Assembly (NCBI GenBank): GCA_963850305.1
Contig: CAWKKR010000001.1
Location: forward strand, 224,001 to 288,000
Direction: 5' to 3'
DNA length: 64,000 nt
Origin: an uncultured delta proteobacterium
GTDB taxonomy: Bacteria > Myxococcota_A > Polyangia > Polyangiales > Polyangiaceae
Shown: one piece after another, positions 38,139 through 48,178 of the stretch
Layout of the letters: each line of letters opens with the position of its first letter
Numbering within the stretch: the first letter of the stretch is position 1
Program-made: the position numbers and the translations under genes
Notes under the pieces: model-generated
Database searches by the model: none
What the model was told of the DNA's origin: nothing
What the model saw: only the letters and a program-made list of their open reading frames with translations

Positions 38139-39704
38139 CTATCCGGACTTCCGGCGAAGGATCCCCCGTACGACCGCGACGTCCTCCGCACCCACCTCGC
38201 GCGAGACGACGAGAAGCACGCAATAAAGCGCGGCCACGACGGCGCACGCGCCGATCGTGGCGACGGCACCGCCTTGCGGAAGATGACGCGCGACGGCGAT
38301 GGCGACGGCCATCGCGCCGAGGACGCGGACGACCGTCGCTGGCGAGGCGACCGCGCCCGCCGTACGGTAGACGAGGTATCCGGCGCATCCCGTCGCGAGG
38401 ACGAGCCCCGCGGAGGTCGACAGGGCCGTCCGGAAGAGGAGTCCCTCTCCGAAAGCCGCGCCGCGCACCTGCACGAAGCACGAGATGACGACGAGAACGA
38501 ACGCGACGGCCACGACCAGCGCGCCCGCACGCTCGCGGCCCAGACTCGACAGGACCGCCGTGAGCACGCCCAGGATCGCGAACGCACCGAAGCCCAGCGT
38601 GAGCACCTGCATCGACCGCGTGCCGTAAAGCGCCGCTTCCGGCGAATAGACGAGACGAATGAGCGGCCCCGAGAGGCCCGACGTGACGCTCACCATGAGG
38701 CCCGCGAGGAGCATCGCGACGCGCACGCCGCCCGAGACGAGCCGCGCCACCGCCGCGTCGTCGCCGCTCTTCTGCGCCGAAGCGAGCATGGGGAACAGAA
38801 TGAACGTCACGCTGATGAGAAGCTGATACGGCAAGAAGGAATAGAGTTGCGTCGCACGATACGCGCCGACCAGCGGGTCCGCCGCCGACGGCAGGAGCCC
38901 CGCGACGACGGCTGCCTCGCCTGCAAACCGGCGGAGCAACGTGATATCGGCCTGAAGCAAACAATTCAGGAGCACCTGCCCCAGCAGGAGCGGTCCGATG
39001 AAGCGCAGGTGATCCGCCGCCGTGATGCCGCGCGGCCCGCGCTTGCCGGTGCCCACCACGCCCGCGGCGATGAGCGCGACGAGCCCCGCGACCACGACGA
39101 AGCCGGCCGTCGCTCCCTCTACGCCGCGACCCATGCGCCGGAAGAAAAGCCCGAACGCGACGAGCGCCGCCGTGCGCGCCGTACCGAACACGACGTCGAA
39201 CGTCGCCTGAGCGACGAACTGCTTGCGGCCGTTGAGAACGCCGATGAACGGCGAATAGAGGCCGTAGAACAGGAGCACCAGGCTGCTCAGCTGGAGCGCG
39301 CCGGTGAGGTGGGGCGCGTGCATGAAGCCCGTGATGAAGGGAACCGCGACGAAGAACGCCGCGGCCGAGAAGACCGCCAGCGCCGCGTGCACGACGAGCG
39401 TGCGTCGGACCGTCGCCGGCTGCCCCTCCGGGTCCGCCTGAGCGACGGCGCGGCTCACGCCCTGAATGGAGGTCGTGACGAGGGGGTTATAGGTGATGCC
39501 CGCGGCACTCAGCACGCTCGAGAGGGCACCGTAGCCGTCCAGGCCGAGCACACGTGGCAGCAGGATCTGCTGTACGAGACCTTGAAAGATGAAATAAATC
39601 TTGGCGAACGTGATCGCGAGACCGCCGCGACCGGCCGTGCGCGTGTCATCGGCGACGGGAACTTCCCCGGTCGCAGCCTCCGGTGGGCCTCGTGTCGCTT
39701 CCAA
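38139..39704 (-). CDS. Polysaccharide biosynthesis flippase (Wzx/MATE-like)
   Basis: 12-14 TM segments, LPRVLGLDGYG, VGAYRA, ILFPML. Confidence 0.8.
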   Translation of the reverse strand: MEATRGPPEAATGEVPVADDTRTAGRGGLAITFAKIYFIFQGLVQQILLPRVLGLDGYGALSSVLSAAGITYNPLVTTSIQGVSRAVAQADPEGQPATVRRTLVVHAALAVFSAAAFFVAVPFITGFMHAPHLTGALQLSSLVLLFYGLYSPFIGVLNGRKQFVAQATFDVVFGTARTAALVAFGLFFRRMGRGVEGATAGFVVVAGLVALIAAGVVGTGKRGPRGITAADHLRFIGPLLLGQVLLNCLLQADITLLRRFAGEAAVVAGLLPSAADPLVGAYRATQLYSFLPYQLLISVTFILFPMLASAQKSGDDAAVARLVSGGVRVAMLLAGLMVSVTSGLSGPLIRLVYSPEAALYGTRSMQVLTLGFGAFAILGVLTAVLSSLGRERAGALVVAVAFVLVVISCFVQVRGAAFGEGLLFRTALSTSAGLVLATGCAGYLVYRTAGAVASPATVVRVLGAMAVAIAVARHLPQGGAVATIGACAVVAALYCVLLVVSREVGAEDVAVVRGILRRKSG

Positions 39705-39849
39705 ATTTCCGCGTATCCCTCATTTTCGCTTCGGCGCGCAAGCTTGCACTTGTCGCGTGCTACGAAGCGCCGCGCGCCCAGGGGACGCGTGGCGGCGCTT
39801 CGCCTTGCGGCAGCGCGAAAGATCAGCCACAAAACCGCACCAACAAACC

Positions 39850-40197
39850 ATGGCAAAGACCAGGACCGACCCGAAAAAGGTGCGCCGTGCGGCCGAACAT
39901 CCGCGACGCCCGGGGTCGGAGTGCGCGGCGGCGCCCGGGGCCTTTCACCCCGTCGTCGATCGGACACGCTGTGAAGGCAAACGCGACTGCGAGGCCGTCT
40001 GTCCGTACGACGTGTTCGAGGTGGGTCGGATGACGGACGAGGATTTCAACGCGCTTTCGTTTCTGACGAAGCTCAAGGCCTTCGCGCACCGGCGCCAGAC
40101 GGCGTACACGCCACGAGCGGCGTCGTGTCTCGCTTGCGGGCTCTGCGTCGTGGCGTGCCCGGAGCAGGCTATCACACTCACCGAAAGCATCCCTTGA
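39850..40197 (+). CDS. Dicluster-type ferredoxin
   Basis: CEGKRDCEAVCP and CLACGLCVVACP. Confidence 0.85.
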   Translation: MAKTRTDPKKVRRAAEHPRRPGSECAAAPGAFHPVVDRTRCEGKRDCEAVCPYDVFEVGRMTDEDFNALSFLTKLKAFAHRRQTAYTPRAASCLACGLCVVACPEQAITLTESIP

Positions 40198-41813
40198 TCC
40201 GGCTCGACTCCGTTTCGAAACAGCACGGCTCGCAGATCCTCTTTCTGGACGCCTCGATGAGCGTTCACAAGGGCGAGAAGGTCGGTCTCGTGGGGCCGAA
40301 CGGCGCGGGCAAATCGACCATCTTTCGGATGATCGTGCGCGAGGAGCCACCCGACGGCGGACAGATCGCGGTCGATCGCGGCGTCGTCGTCGGATACTTC
40401 AGCCAGGACGCCGGCGAGATGCGCGGCCGCAGCGTGCTCGACGAGACGATGGCGGGCGCGGGCGCGGTTTCGGAGGCCGCGCAGGAGATGCATGCGCTCG
40501 AACACGCGCTCGCCGATCCAGCGCGAGCAGACGAACTCGACGTGCTCGTCGAGCGTTTCGGCCATGCGCAGGCGCGGTTCGAGGAACTCGACGGCTATGC
40601 ACTCGACGCCCGCGCGAGAGAAATCCTGGCCGGCCTGGGCTTCCGTCCGGAGGTGGTCGAGGACGACGTGGGGAAGCTCTCCGGCGGGTGGAAAATGCGC
40701 GTCGCGCTCGCACGCATTCTCTTGATGCGACCGGACGCGCTGCTCCTCGACGAGCCGACGAACCACCTGGACATCGAGTCGATCATCTGGCTCGAGAGCT
40801 TCCTGCAAAACTTCGACGGCGCGCTCGTCATGACGTCCCACGACCGCGAGTTCTTGAACCGGATCGCTACCAAGATCGTCGAGATCGACGGCGGCGATCT
40901 GAGTACGTTCTCCGGAAACTACGACTTCTACGAGGAGCAGCGCGCGATCCTGGCGGCGCAGGGCGAAGCCGAATACGCGCGACAACAGGCGATGCTCGCG
41001 AAGGAGCAGGCCTTCATCGACAGGTTCAGGGCCCAAGCCAGCCATGCATCCCAGGTGCAGTCGCGAGTGAAGAAGCTCGAGAAGATAGAAAAAGTGGAGC
41101 CCCCGAAGCGCAGGAAGGTCCTCGACTTCGAGTTCCGGCCCGCCCCGCGCTCGGGTGACGACGTGGCGAAGCTGGAACACGTCGTGAAAGGGTATGGCGC
41201 GCGAAAAATCCACGACGGGCTGGACCTGTTGATTCGCCGCCGGGAACGGTGGTGCGTCATGGGCGTCAACGGCGCCGGCAAGTCCACGTTGTTGAAGCTC
41301 GTCGCGGGAGAGTCGAACCCCGACGACGGCCGCGTGACGCTCGGCGCGAGCGTCAAGACCGGCTACTTCGCGCAGCACTCCATGGATCTCCTCGACCCCG
41401 GGAAGACCGTCCTCGACTCTCTACAGAGCGCGTTCCCCACGTCGTCGCTCGGGGCCTTGCGTTCGCTCGCGGGTGGCTTCGGATTCTCCGGCGACGACGT
41501 CGACAAATCCTGTCGCGTCCTCTCGGGCGGCGAGAAGGCGCGCCTCGTGCTGGCGCTCATGCTCTACGATCCGCCCAACTTCCTGATCCTCGACGAGCCG
41601 ACCAATCACCTGGATCTGGGAACGAAAGACATGCTCGTGAAGGCGCTCTCCAGCTTCGAGGGGACGATGCTGTTCGTCTCGCACGATCGCAGGTTCCTCC
41701 AGGCGCTCTCGAACCGCGTGCTCGAGCTAGGCCCCGACGGTGCGCGAGCGTACGGCGGCGGCTACTCCGAGTACGTCACCGAATCGGGTCACGAAGCGCC
41801 GGGCGTCGGCTGA
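40194..41813 (+). CDS. ABC-F family ATP-binding protein
   Basis: Two NBDs (GPNGAGKS/LSGGWKMR, GVNGAGKS/LSGGEKAR), DEPTNHLD twice, no TM segments; TTG start overlaps the ferredoxin stop. Confidence 0.95.
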   Translation: MIRLDSVSKQHGSQILFLDASMSVHKGEKVGLVGPNGAGKSTIFRMIVREEPPDGGQIAVDRGVVVGYFSQDAGEMRGRSVLDETMAGAGAVSEAAQEMHALEHALADPARADELDVLVERFGHAQARFEELDGYALDARAREILAGLGFRPEVVEDDVGKLSGGWKMRVALARILLMRPDALLLDEPTNHLDIESIIWLESFLQNFDGALVMTSHDREFLNRIATKIVEIDGGDLSTFSGNYDFYEEQRAILAAQGEAEYARQQAMLAKEQAFIDRFRAQASHASQVQSRVKKLEKIEKVEPPKRRKVLDFEFRPAPRSGDDVAKLEHVVKGYGARKIHDGLDLLIRRRERWCVMGVNGAGKSTLLKLVAGESNPDDGRVTLGASVKTGYFAQHSMDLLDPGKTVLDSLQSAFPTSSLGALRSLAGGFGFSGDDVDKSCRVLSGGEKARLVLALMLYDPPNFLILDEPTNHLDLGTKDMLVKALSSFEGTMLFVSHDRRFLQALSNRVLELGPDGARAYGGGYSEYVTESGHEAPGVG

Positions 41814-41956
41814 GCCGCGACGCCGGCGAGCGGGTTCGTATCGACGAGCGGCCACGCCGATCGGCTTCTCCGAGGCAGCTCGAACAGATGTCGACCTCCT
41901 TTCGTAAGCTCGAGTGGCTCTAGACGATGAACGATGACGCCCGGGGATTGGGCCGC

Positions 41957-42565
41957 TCAGATGACGTCGTCGGGACCCAGGCGGCGCAGCGTGAACGGCA
42001 CCTCGAAGCGCATGGTGCCGCCGCCATGTGGCGGCGCGAAGTCCCCCTGCTTGATGCGATCGACGATGCACTTCATCGTATTGTCTCCGAGCAGCGCGCC
42101 GCCCTGCGTCTCCACACGCTCGACGCGGCCGTCGGGGCCGACGAGGATGTCGATCGTGAGGAAGGCATGCGCCTTCGGGTACACTTTCAGGCGCGCCGTG
42201 TAGCACCTGAGCAGGTCGTCGTTCATGCCGTTCAATGTGTTGTTCGCCTTGTCGACGGCCTCGGTCGTGTAGGCGTCCGCCGTCTCGTCCGGCGGCACTT
42301 TGCGCGGCACGACCCTGGCCCCTTCGCAGACAACGTCGCAAGAAGGTGCTCTCGACTCGGGCGCTGCACTTCCGGAGGTCGCCGGCTGAAGGGTGTCGGG
42401 GTTCGATGCCGACAACGGCGGGGCTTCGACGGGGCTCGATGCGCGCGCCGGCACCGCCGCAGCGGCGCTCGCCGCGGGCCTTCCGGAACGGCTGCACGCG
42501 AACGAGCCGGAGAGAATCGCAGCCAGCGCGGCGCCGCGCCCGAGCCGCGTGGCGACGGAGGTCAT
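41957..42565 (-). CDS. Lipoprotein with AgmX/PglI/TonB-C-like domain
   Basis: Lipobox SFAC, Pro/Ala linker, LRCY...GPDGRV...CI...F-x-x-P-x-GG...VPF. Confidence 0.7.
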   Translation of the reverse strand: MTSVATRLGRGAALAAILSGSFACSRSGRPAASAAAAVPARASSPVEAPPLSASNPDTLQPATSGSAAPESRAPSCDVVCEGARVVPRKVPPDETADAYTTEAVDKANNTLNGMNDDLLRCYTARLKVYPKAHAFLTIDILVGPDGRVERVETQGGALLGDNTMKCIVDRIKQGDFAPPHGGGTMRFEVPFTLRRLGPDDVI

Positions 42566-42993
42566 GCTGCCTCCAGCGTGCGCAAGGCCACACGCACGAA
42601 GTCGGAGTCCGTGAGGATCCCCACGAGGACGTTTTGGTCGTCGACCACGGGCAGGCAGCCGATCTTCTCGCGGAGGAGGATCCTGGCGGCGTCGGCGAGC
42701 GGCGCCCCGGGACGGATGGTCCTCACGTCGCGCGTCATGACGTCGCGCACCTGGTAGGTCTTCGCCAGTCGATCCGTCTGCTCGGCTGCATTGGGCAGAA
42801 GCGAACTCGCGCAGACCCGGAGCACGTCGCGTTGCGTGACGACGCCGATGAGCCTGCCGTCATCGGTGACCGGCATGTGCCGGAATTTGAAGAGGCGCAT
42901 CGCGTCGTCGATGTGCGCGAGATCCATGTCCTCGGACAGGCAGATCACGTCGCGGGACATCAGGTCGCCCACCGTTCGCTCAGGAATGGTCAT
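42562..42993 (-). CDS. CBS domain pair protein
   Basis: VGDLMS, RHMPV...LIGVVTQRD, VRDVMT, IGCLPVV...GILTDSDF. Confidence 0.92.
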   Translation of the reverse strand: MTIPERTVGDLMSRDVICLSEDMDLAHIDDAMRLFKFRHMPVTDDGRLIGVVTQRDVLRVCASSLLPNAAEQTDRLAKTYQVRDVMTRDVRTIRPGAPLADAARILLREKIGCLPVVDDQNVLVGILTDSDFVRVALRTLEAA

Positions 42994-43006
42994 GCGCTGC
43001 CTTCCG

Positions 43007-43022
43007 AGCAACGCGCGTGCCA
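43007..43022 (-). promoter_or_regulatory. Sigma54 promoter of the CBS gene
   Basis: TGGCACGCGCGTTGCT is a perfect match to TGGCAC-N5-TTGCW. Confidence 0.75.
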
Positions 43023-43482
43023 CGGCCGCACTCGGCTCTTCTCTCGTGCAGCGCCAGTTGCCGCCTGGAGCCGTCGCGTGCAAATGATTCGCCCGCGCGC
43101 CTCGCTTGCACGGGCGAGTCGCTTCGAACGGCCGTGGCTCGTCGATACTCGGCCTCCGGTTCCCGAGATCGAGGGCACGAGGCGCGCGATCCCGCCCGCC
43201 TTGCGCCAGCACCGCATCTCCGGTGCCTCGGCACGCGCACGAGACTCACTCCATCGACCGAGGAGCGAGCCCTCTCCGATGCAGAGCAAGCGTTCCTCAA
43301 TGGCTGATCCGGCATTCCAAAGCCTCGGCGAGCGCTGCCGCATGCCCGGTTCGCGGTTGCAAGGGCGCGGTGACACCAGCGTCCGGAGCGTCGCTCCAAG
43401 CGTCCGGCACGGTCTTCCGTGAGCGACCGGGCCCTGGGTGACGCTCCCTGTCGATCTCCCCCTCAATCTCCGGCCCGCACCG

Positions 43483-44808
43483 TCACGGGTCCGTGGATTT
43501 CCACGGTCGGCCGAGCGCCTTGATGAGCTGCGCGCGCGCCAGAGAGAGGCTGTAATCGGCCTGAATGACCTGACCGGACGCGGTGGTCGCGGCGACCTGC
43601 GCGTCTTGTTGCTCGATGATCGAACCAGCGCCAGCCTGGTAGCGAGCCTCGGCGAGACGAAGTTGCTCCTTGGCATTTCGCTCGACTTCCTTCGCGGTGA
43701 TGAGGGCCGCTTTCCCCGCGCGAACCGCAAGACGCGCCTGGGTCACGTCGAACCGGATCTGCTGTCGCTCGAGCGCGGCTTGGCTCCGCGTCACGACGAG
43801 GCTCGCCTCGTCCTGCCGGACTCGCGCGTTGGTGAGGCCACCTTGAAAGAGCGGCCACGTGAGACTCACGCCCGCGTTGACGTTCCAGATCAGGGTCGAG
43901 AGCTCGTTGCCCGCCTCGTTGACGCCGGCCGTGACGTTGAGGTTCGGCCCATAGCCGCCCCTGTCGGAAGAGATCTGACGGTGCGCGGCATCCAGCTGCT
44001 TCGAAAGGTTCCGTATCTCCGGACGAGCCGCCACCGCGGCCGCGGTCAGGCGGTCGTCACTGAGGTCTTCGCCCTCGACATCGGGCATTCGATCGTCCGC
44101 GACGATGTAGTCCGTCGACTGATCTACACCCATGGCCTGATTCAGCTGCGCCTTCGCGATCTCGTACGCGTTCTCCGTGTTGATGACCGTGAGCTCCGCG
44201 CTCGAGCGATCCGCGCGCACCTGAGCGAGATCGATCTCCGGGCGCGATCCGGCCTTCACCTGGCCCTCGGTTTGCTGGAGATGGCGATCCTGGTTCGCGA
44301 GATTCTCCTTCCACACGTCGACGAGTTGCTGTTGCGCCCAGGCCGCGAGATACGCCGAACGAACGCTCAGCACGACCGCCTGGCGGACCGTCTCTTCGTT
44401 CTCGGCGACGGCATCGGCCGACATCTGCGCCGCGCGCCAGTTACCGTACGTCTCCCCGAAGTCGTAGACGAGCTGGTTCGCCGTCACTCCGACCCGGTAG
44501 GACGCGATGGTGTCGAAGTCCGCCTTCGACGTCGTCGTTTTCACCGAACTCGGCAGAGTGCCCGGCGTCAGAACGAAGTTGGAGGTGGCCCTCCCGTAAC
44601 TTGCAATGCCGTTCACCTGTGGCAGGAGCGGCGCACGCTGTTCGTCCGCCTGAGCTCGAGCCACGAGAGTCTGGGCCTTGGCCTGGGAGATCTGGGGCTG
44701 GTTCGCGATGGCCTTTTGTTCGGCCTCGCGGAGCGACAGCACGCGAATCGGTACGGGCGCGACTTGCCCGAGAATCCCGACGGCAAGAGCCCAAACGGCG
44801 AGAGTCAT
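43483..44808 (-). CDS. TolC-family outer membrane efflux protein
   Basis: LLPQV, YDFGET, WPLFQGG and ARYQAG motifs. Confidence 0.92.
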   Translation of the reverse strand: MTLAVWALAVGILGQVAPVPIRVLSLREAEQKAIANQPQISQAKAQTLVARAQADEQRAPLLPQVNGIASYGRATSNFVLTPGTLPSSVKTTTSKADFDTIASYRVGVTANQLVYDFGETYGNWRAAQMSADAVAENEETVRQAVVLSVRSAYLAAWAQQQLVDVWKENLANQDRHLQQTEGQVKAGSRPEIDLAQVRADRSSAELTVINTENAYEIAKAQLNQAMGVDQSTDYIVADDRMPDVEGEDLSDDRLTAAAVAARPEIRNLSKQLDAAHRQISSDRGGYGPNLNVTAGVNEAGNELSTLIWNVNAGVSLTWPLFQGGLTNARVRQDEASLVVTRSQAALERQQIRFDVTQARLAVRAGKAALITAKEVERNAKEQLRLAEARYQAGAGSIIEQQDAQVAATTASGQVIQADYSLSLARAQLIKALGRPWKSTDP

Positions 44809-46034
44809 TCGTACCTCAGGGCGTCGATGGGATCGAGCTGAGAGGCCTTCCGCGCCGGATAGAGTCCGAAGGCAACGCCAACGACGGCGCTGAAGACCAC
44901 CGAGACGATCACGATGTCCGGACGGACAATCAGCTCCCACCCGAGTCGCCTTGCGAGCTCGTTCGCAACGCCCGCGCCGAGCACCACTCCTACGATCCCG
45001 CCCATGGTCGAGAGCGATATCGCTTCCACCAGAAACTGCATGAGGACGTGCCAGGGCTTCGCGCCGACGGCCATGCGCACCCCGATCTCGCGCGTACGCT
45101 CCGTCACGCTGACGAGCATGATGTTCATGATGCCGATGCCTCCAACCAGTAGTGAGACGACCGCGATTGCGGCCAGGAGCGACGTGAGCGTGTTCGTACC
45201 TTCCTGCCGCGCTGCGGCAATCTCCGTGAGATTCCGGATGTTGAAGTCATCGTCCTCATTGGACTCGAGGCGATGCCGATCGCGTAGAAGGGCGGTAATC
45301 TGACGCTGCGCGCGTGAGGTGTCGTCACGGCTCACGGCGCTGACCATGATCACACCGGCGAGATACTTCTGAAGACCCCGCTGGATCTTGGTTTCGAACG
45401 TGGTGACGGGAATGAACGCCGCGTCGTCGTAGTCCTGTCCAAATGGGGACTGCCCCTTCCGCGCGAGAACCCCGACCACCGTGAACGGAATGCCGCGGAT
45501 GCGAACGCTCTCGCCGAGCGGATCGGCATTCACCCCGAACAATCGATCGACCACCGTTTGCCCGAGCACGATCACCTTAGCTCCGCTGTCCACGTCGGAG
45601 TCTTGGATGAGAGCGCCCGAACCCAGCGCCCAGTTTCGGATCGTGAAGTACTCCGGGCTCGTGCCGGTGATCTCGGTGTACCAGTTCGCGTTTTCACCCA
45701 CGATCGTCGATCGGGTGCCGAGCTGAGGCGCGGCCGCGCGCACGGACGGGACCTCGGAGCGGATGGCGGCGAGGTCGTCCCACGTCAACGTGGGCATGGA
45801 TCCGAATCCGCCCATGACGCCGCCGGAGTGGGTCGACCCCGACAGCACGACGAGCAAGTTGGTGCCCATGGCATCGAAGACCTTTTCGACCCCCGCCTTC
45901 GCCCCCTCCCCGATCGCGACCATCGAGATGACGGACGCGACGCCGATGACGACGCCCAGCATGGTGAGAAATGAGCGCGTCTTGTTCCGCGCCAGGGCTC
46001 GCATGGCAACGGGAAACGTCTGAAGGACGTTCAT
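44805..46034 (-). CDS. MacB/FtsX-type ABC permease
   Basis: VGGIGIMNIMLVSVTERTREIG, PARKASQLDPIDALRYE. Confidence 0.95.
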   Translation of the reverse strand: MNVLQTFPVAMRALARNKTRSFLTMLGVVIGVASVISMVAIGEGAKAGVEKVFDAMGTNLLVVLSGSTHSGGVMGGFGSMPTLTWDDLAAIRSEVPSVRAAAPQLGTRSTIVGENANWYTEITGTSPEYFTIRNWALGSGALIQDSDVDSGAKVIVLGQTVVDRLFGVNADPLGESVRIRGIPFTVVGVLARKGQSPFGQDYDDAAFIPVTTFETKIQRGLQKYLAGVIMVSAVSRDDTSRAQRQITALLRDRHRLESNEDDDFNIRNLTEIAAARQEGTNTLTSLLAAIAVVSLLVGGIGIMNIMLVSVTERTREIGVRMAVGAKPWHVLMQFLVEAISLSTMGGIVGVVLGAGVANELARRLGWELIVRPDIVIVSVVFSAVVGVAFGLYPARKASQLDPIDALRYE

Positions 46035-46757
46035 GCGCTCCGTCCCTCTTCGAGCAGCCGCGCGGCACGCTTCGGCTCATGTCGCTCGTCCGAGATGATC
46101 TTGCCGTCCCGGACATGGATGACGCGCTCCGCGAACTCCGAGATCTCGGGTTCGTGAGTGACCAGCATGATGGTCAAACCAGACCCCCAGAGCTCCTGGA
46201 ATAGGGCGAGCACTTCGATGCTCGTGCGCGAATCCAGATTACCCGTCGGCTCGTCGGCGAGGATGAGCTTAGGCTGATTGACGATGGCGCGGGCAATGGC
46301 GACACGCTGCTGCTGCCCCCCCGACAGCTGCGAGGGCCGGTGCTCGAGCCGCGCGCCGAGCCCGACGCGCGTGAGCGCCTCCGTGGCGCGACGCTTTCGC
46401 TCCCGTCCAGCAACGCCCGCGTACACTAGCGGCAACTCGACGTTCTCGACCGCGGTCGTCCGGGACAGGAGATTGAAACTCTGGAAGACGAAGCCGATCG
46501 TCTCGTTCCTGACCTCGGCAAGCTCTCCCCGATCGAGGTGGGATACTTCCCGGTCCGCCAGGAAATAAGTACCTGCGGTCGGACGATCGAGACATCCGAG
46601 GATGTTCATCAGGGTGCTTTTTCCGGAACCCGACGACCCCATGATGGCGATGAACTCAGCCCGTTCGACGTCGAAACGTGACGCCGTCGAGCGCTCGAAC
46701 CTCGGCGTCTCCGAGCGAGTATTTCTTCTGAATGTCTTCGAGACGGATGAGCGGCAT
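46031..46757 (-). CDS. ABC ATP-binding protein, MacB/LolD-type (one extra base at 46674-46676)
   Basis: N-terminus MPLIRLEDIQKKY...ALDGV in a shifted frame, then GSSGSGKST, LSGGQQQR, ADEPTGNLD. Confidence 0.92.
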
Positions 46758-46792
46758 GTCCACTCGGGAAACGATCGCGCCGCGCGAGGACG

Positions 46793-48052
46793 CTAGAATA
46801 TACCTCGGTGCGAGGTTGACCCTGGCGGCGATGTCGACCCGGTCTTGACGTCATCGAGCTCGTCGGTCACGAGCTCATCCCCGACGTTCAGATCGCCGCT
46901 CAGGACCTCCGTCATCGATCCGTCGGTGATTCCAACCCGGAGCTCGACCGGCGTGACCGTGGTCCCGCGGAAGACGTAGACCGTGCGCTTGTCCCTGTCG
47001 CGGTTTCGCGAAAAATGGTTCATGCGTTGTTCCGGCTTATTCTTCGCCGAAGCCGCAGGCGCCGGGTGGTATCGCAACGCGGCGTTCGGAACCCGGAGCG
47101 CGTCGTCACGCTCGGCCGGGGTGAACGTCACGGTCGCGGTCATGCCCGGCTTGAGGAGGCGCTTCGAATTGTCGACGTCGATGACCGCGTCGTAGGTCAC
47201 GACATTTTGAACCGTGGTCGCCGCGTCACGCACCTGACGAACGGAGCCATGAAACCGTTGACCAGGATACGCATCGACCATGAACGTCACGGGCATGTCC
47301 GGCTGGATCTTTCCGACGTCCCCCTCGGCGACGCTCGTGTCGACCTGCATCTTCGTCAGGTCCTGCGCGATGGTGAAGAGCGTCGGCGCGGAGAGCGACG
47401 CGGCCACCGTCTGCCCGACGTCGATGCTCCGTGAAATGACGATACCGTCGATCGGCGACACGATCGTCGTGTACTTCAGGCTCACCTGAGCCTGATGGAG
47501 CGACGCTTCCGCCTGTTCGACACCCGCGTCCGCCGCCGCGACTCCAGCCTTGGCGATGGCGTAGTTCGCCTCGGCGGTGTCGATGTCGGCCTGCGCGATG
47601 AGCTTTTGCTCGGAGAGCGTCTTCGCTCGAGTGTACTGACGGTCTGCGTCCACTTCCTGCGCGCGCGCCTTGTCCGCCGCGGCCTTGGCGGCAGAATAAT
47701 TTGCCCGCGCCTGCTCCACCGCCGCCTGGAAGAGGCTCGCCTCGATCGTTGCGACGACTTGCCCTTTCTTGACGACGGAGTTGAAGTCGACCTTGATCGA
47801 TTCGATCCGCCCCGACACCTGAGTGCCAACCTGTACGGTCACCAGCGCGGACAGGATCCCTGTCGCCGTCACGTGGGCGGCGATGCGCCCGCGGTCCACC
47901 GCCACCGTCGAATATCGCGGCGGGACGGGCTTCCGTGCACGCAGGTAATGTCGCACGCCAAGGCCGATACCTGCGAAGACCAGTAATATCGAGAACCATC
48001 GGATTACCGTCTTCACCGCAGGGGGACTCACGAGGGTACCGATCGCCGCCAT
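46793..48052 (-). CDS. MacA-type periplasmic adaptor subunit
   Basis: VGTQVSGRI, coiled coil, IVSPIDG, LKPGMTA. Confidence 0.92.
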   Translation of the reverse strand: MAAIGTLVSPPAVKTVIRWFSILLVFAGIGLGVRHYLRARKPVPPRYSTVAVDRGRIAAHVTATGILSALVTVQVGTQVSGRIESIKVDFNSVVKKGQVVATIEASLFQAAVEQARANYSAAKAAADKARAQEVDADRQYTRAKTLSEQKLIAQADIDTAEANYAIAKAGVAAADAGVEQAEASLHQAQVSLKYTTIVSPIDGIVISRSIDVGQTVAASLSAPTLFTIAQDLTKMQVDTSVAEGDVGKIQPDMPVTFMVDAYPGQRFHGSVRQVRDAATTVQNVVTYDAVIDVDNSKRLLKPGMTATVTFTPAERDDALRVPNAALRYHPAPAASAKNKPEQRMNHFSRNRDRDKRTVYVFRGTTVTPVELRVGITDGSMTEVLSGDLNVGDELVTDELDDVKTGSTSPPGSTSHRGIF

Positions 48053-48074
48053 CGGGCCTGTTCTAGCGCCACGG

Positions 48075-48147
48075 GAGCGAAACCCCTTCGTTTCTGACGA
48101 GCTGTCGCTTCACGCCGACATGACGTAGCACGCCGCGGACGAACAGG
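48075..48147 (-). promoter_or_regulatory. LytTR-type direct repeats upstream of the efflux operon
   Basis: CCTGTTCGTC, ACGTCATGTC and ACAGCTCGTC at 21-bp period, resembling the AlgR box ACCGTTCGTC. Confidence 0.55.
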
Positions 48148-48178
48148 TCCACGGCATGGGCCTCACGAACTCCCGCAC

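Noticed and set aside
15864..46757. Programmed frameshifting or wholesale pseudogenisation
   Set aside because: No slippery heptamers; the single indels fall in otherwise intact genes, which sequencing error explains better
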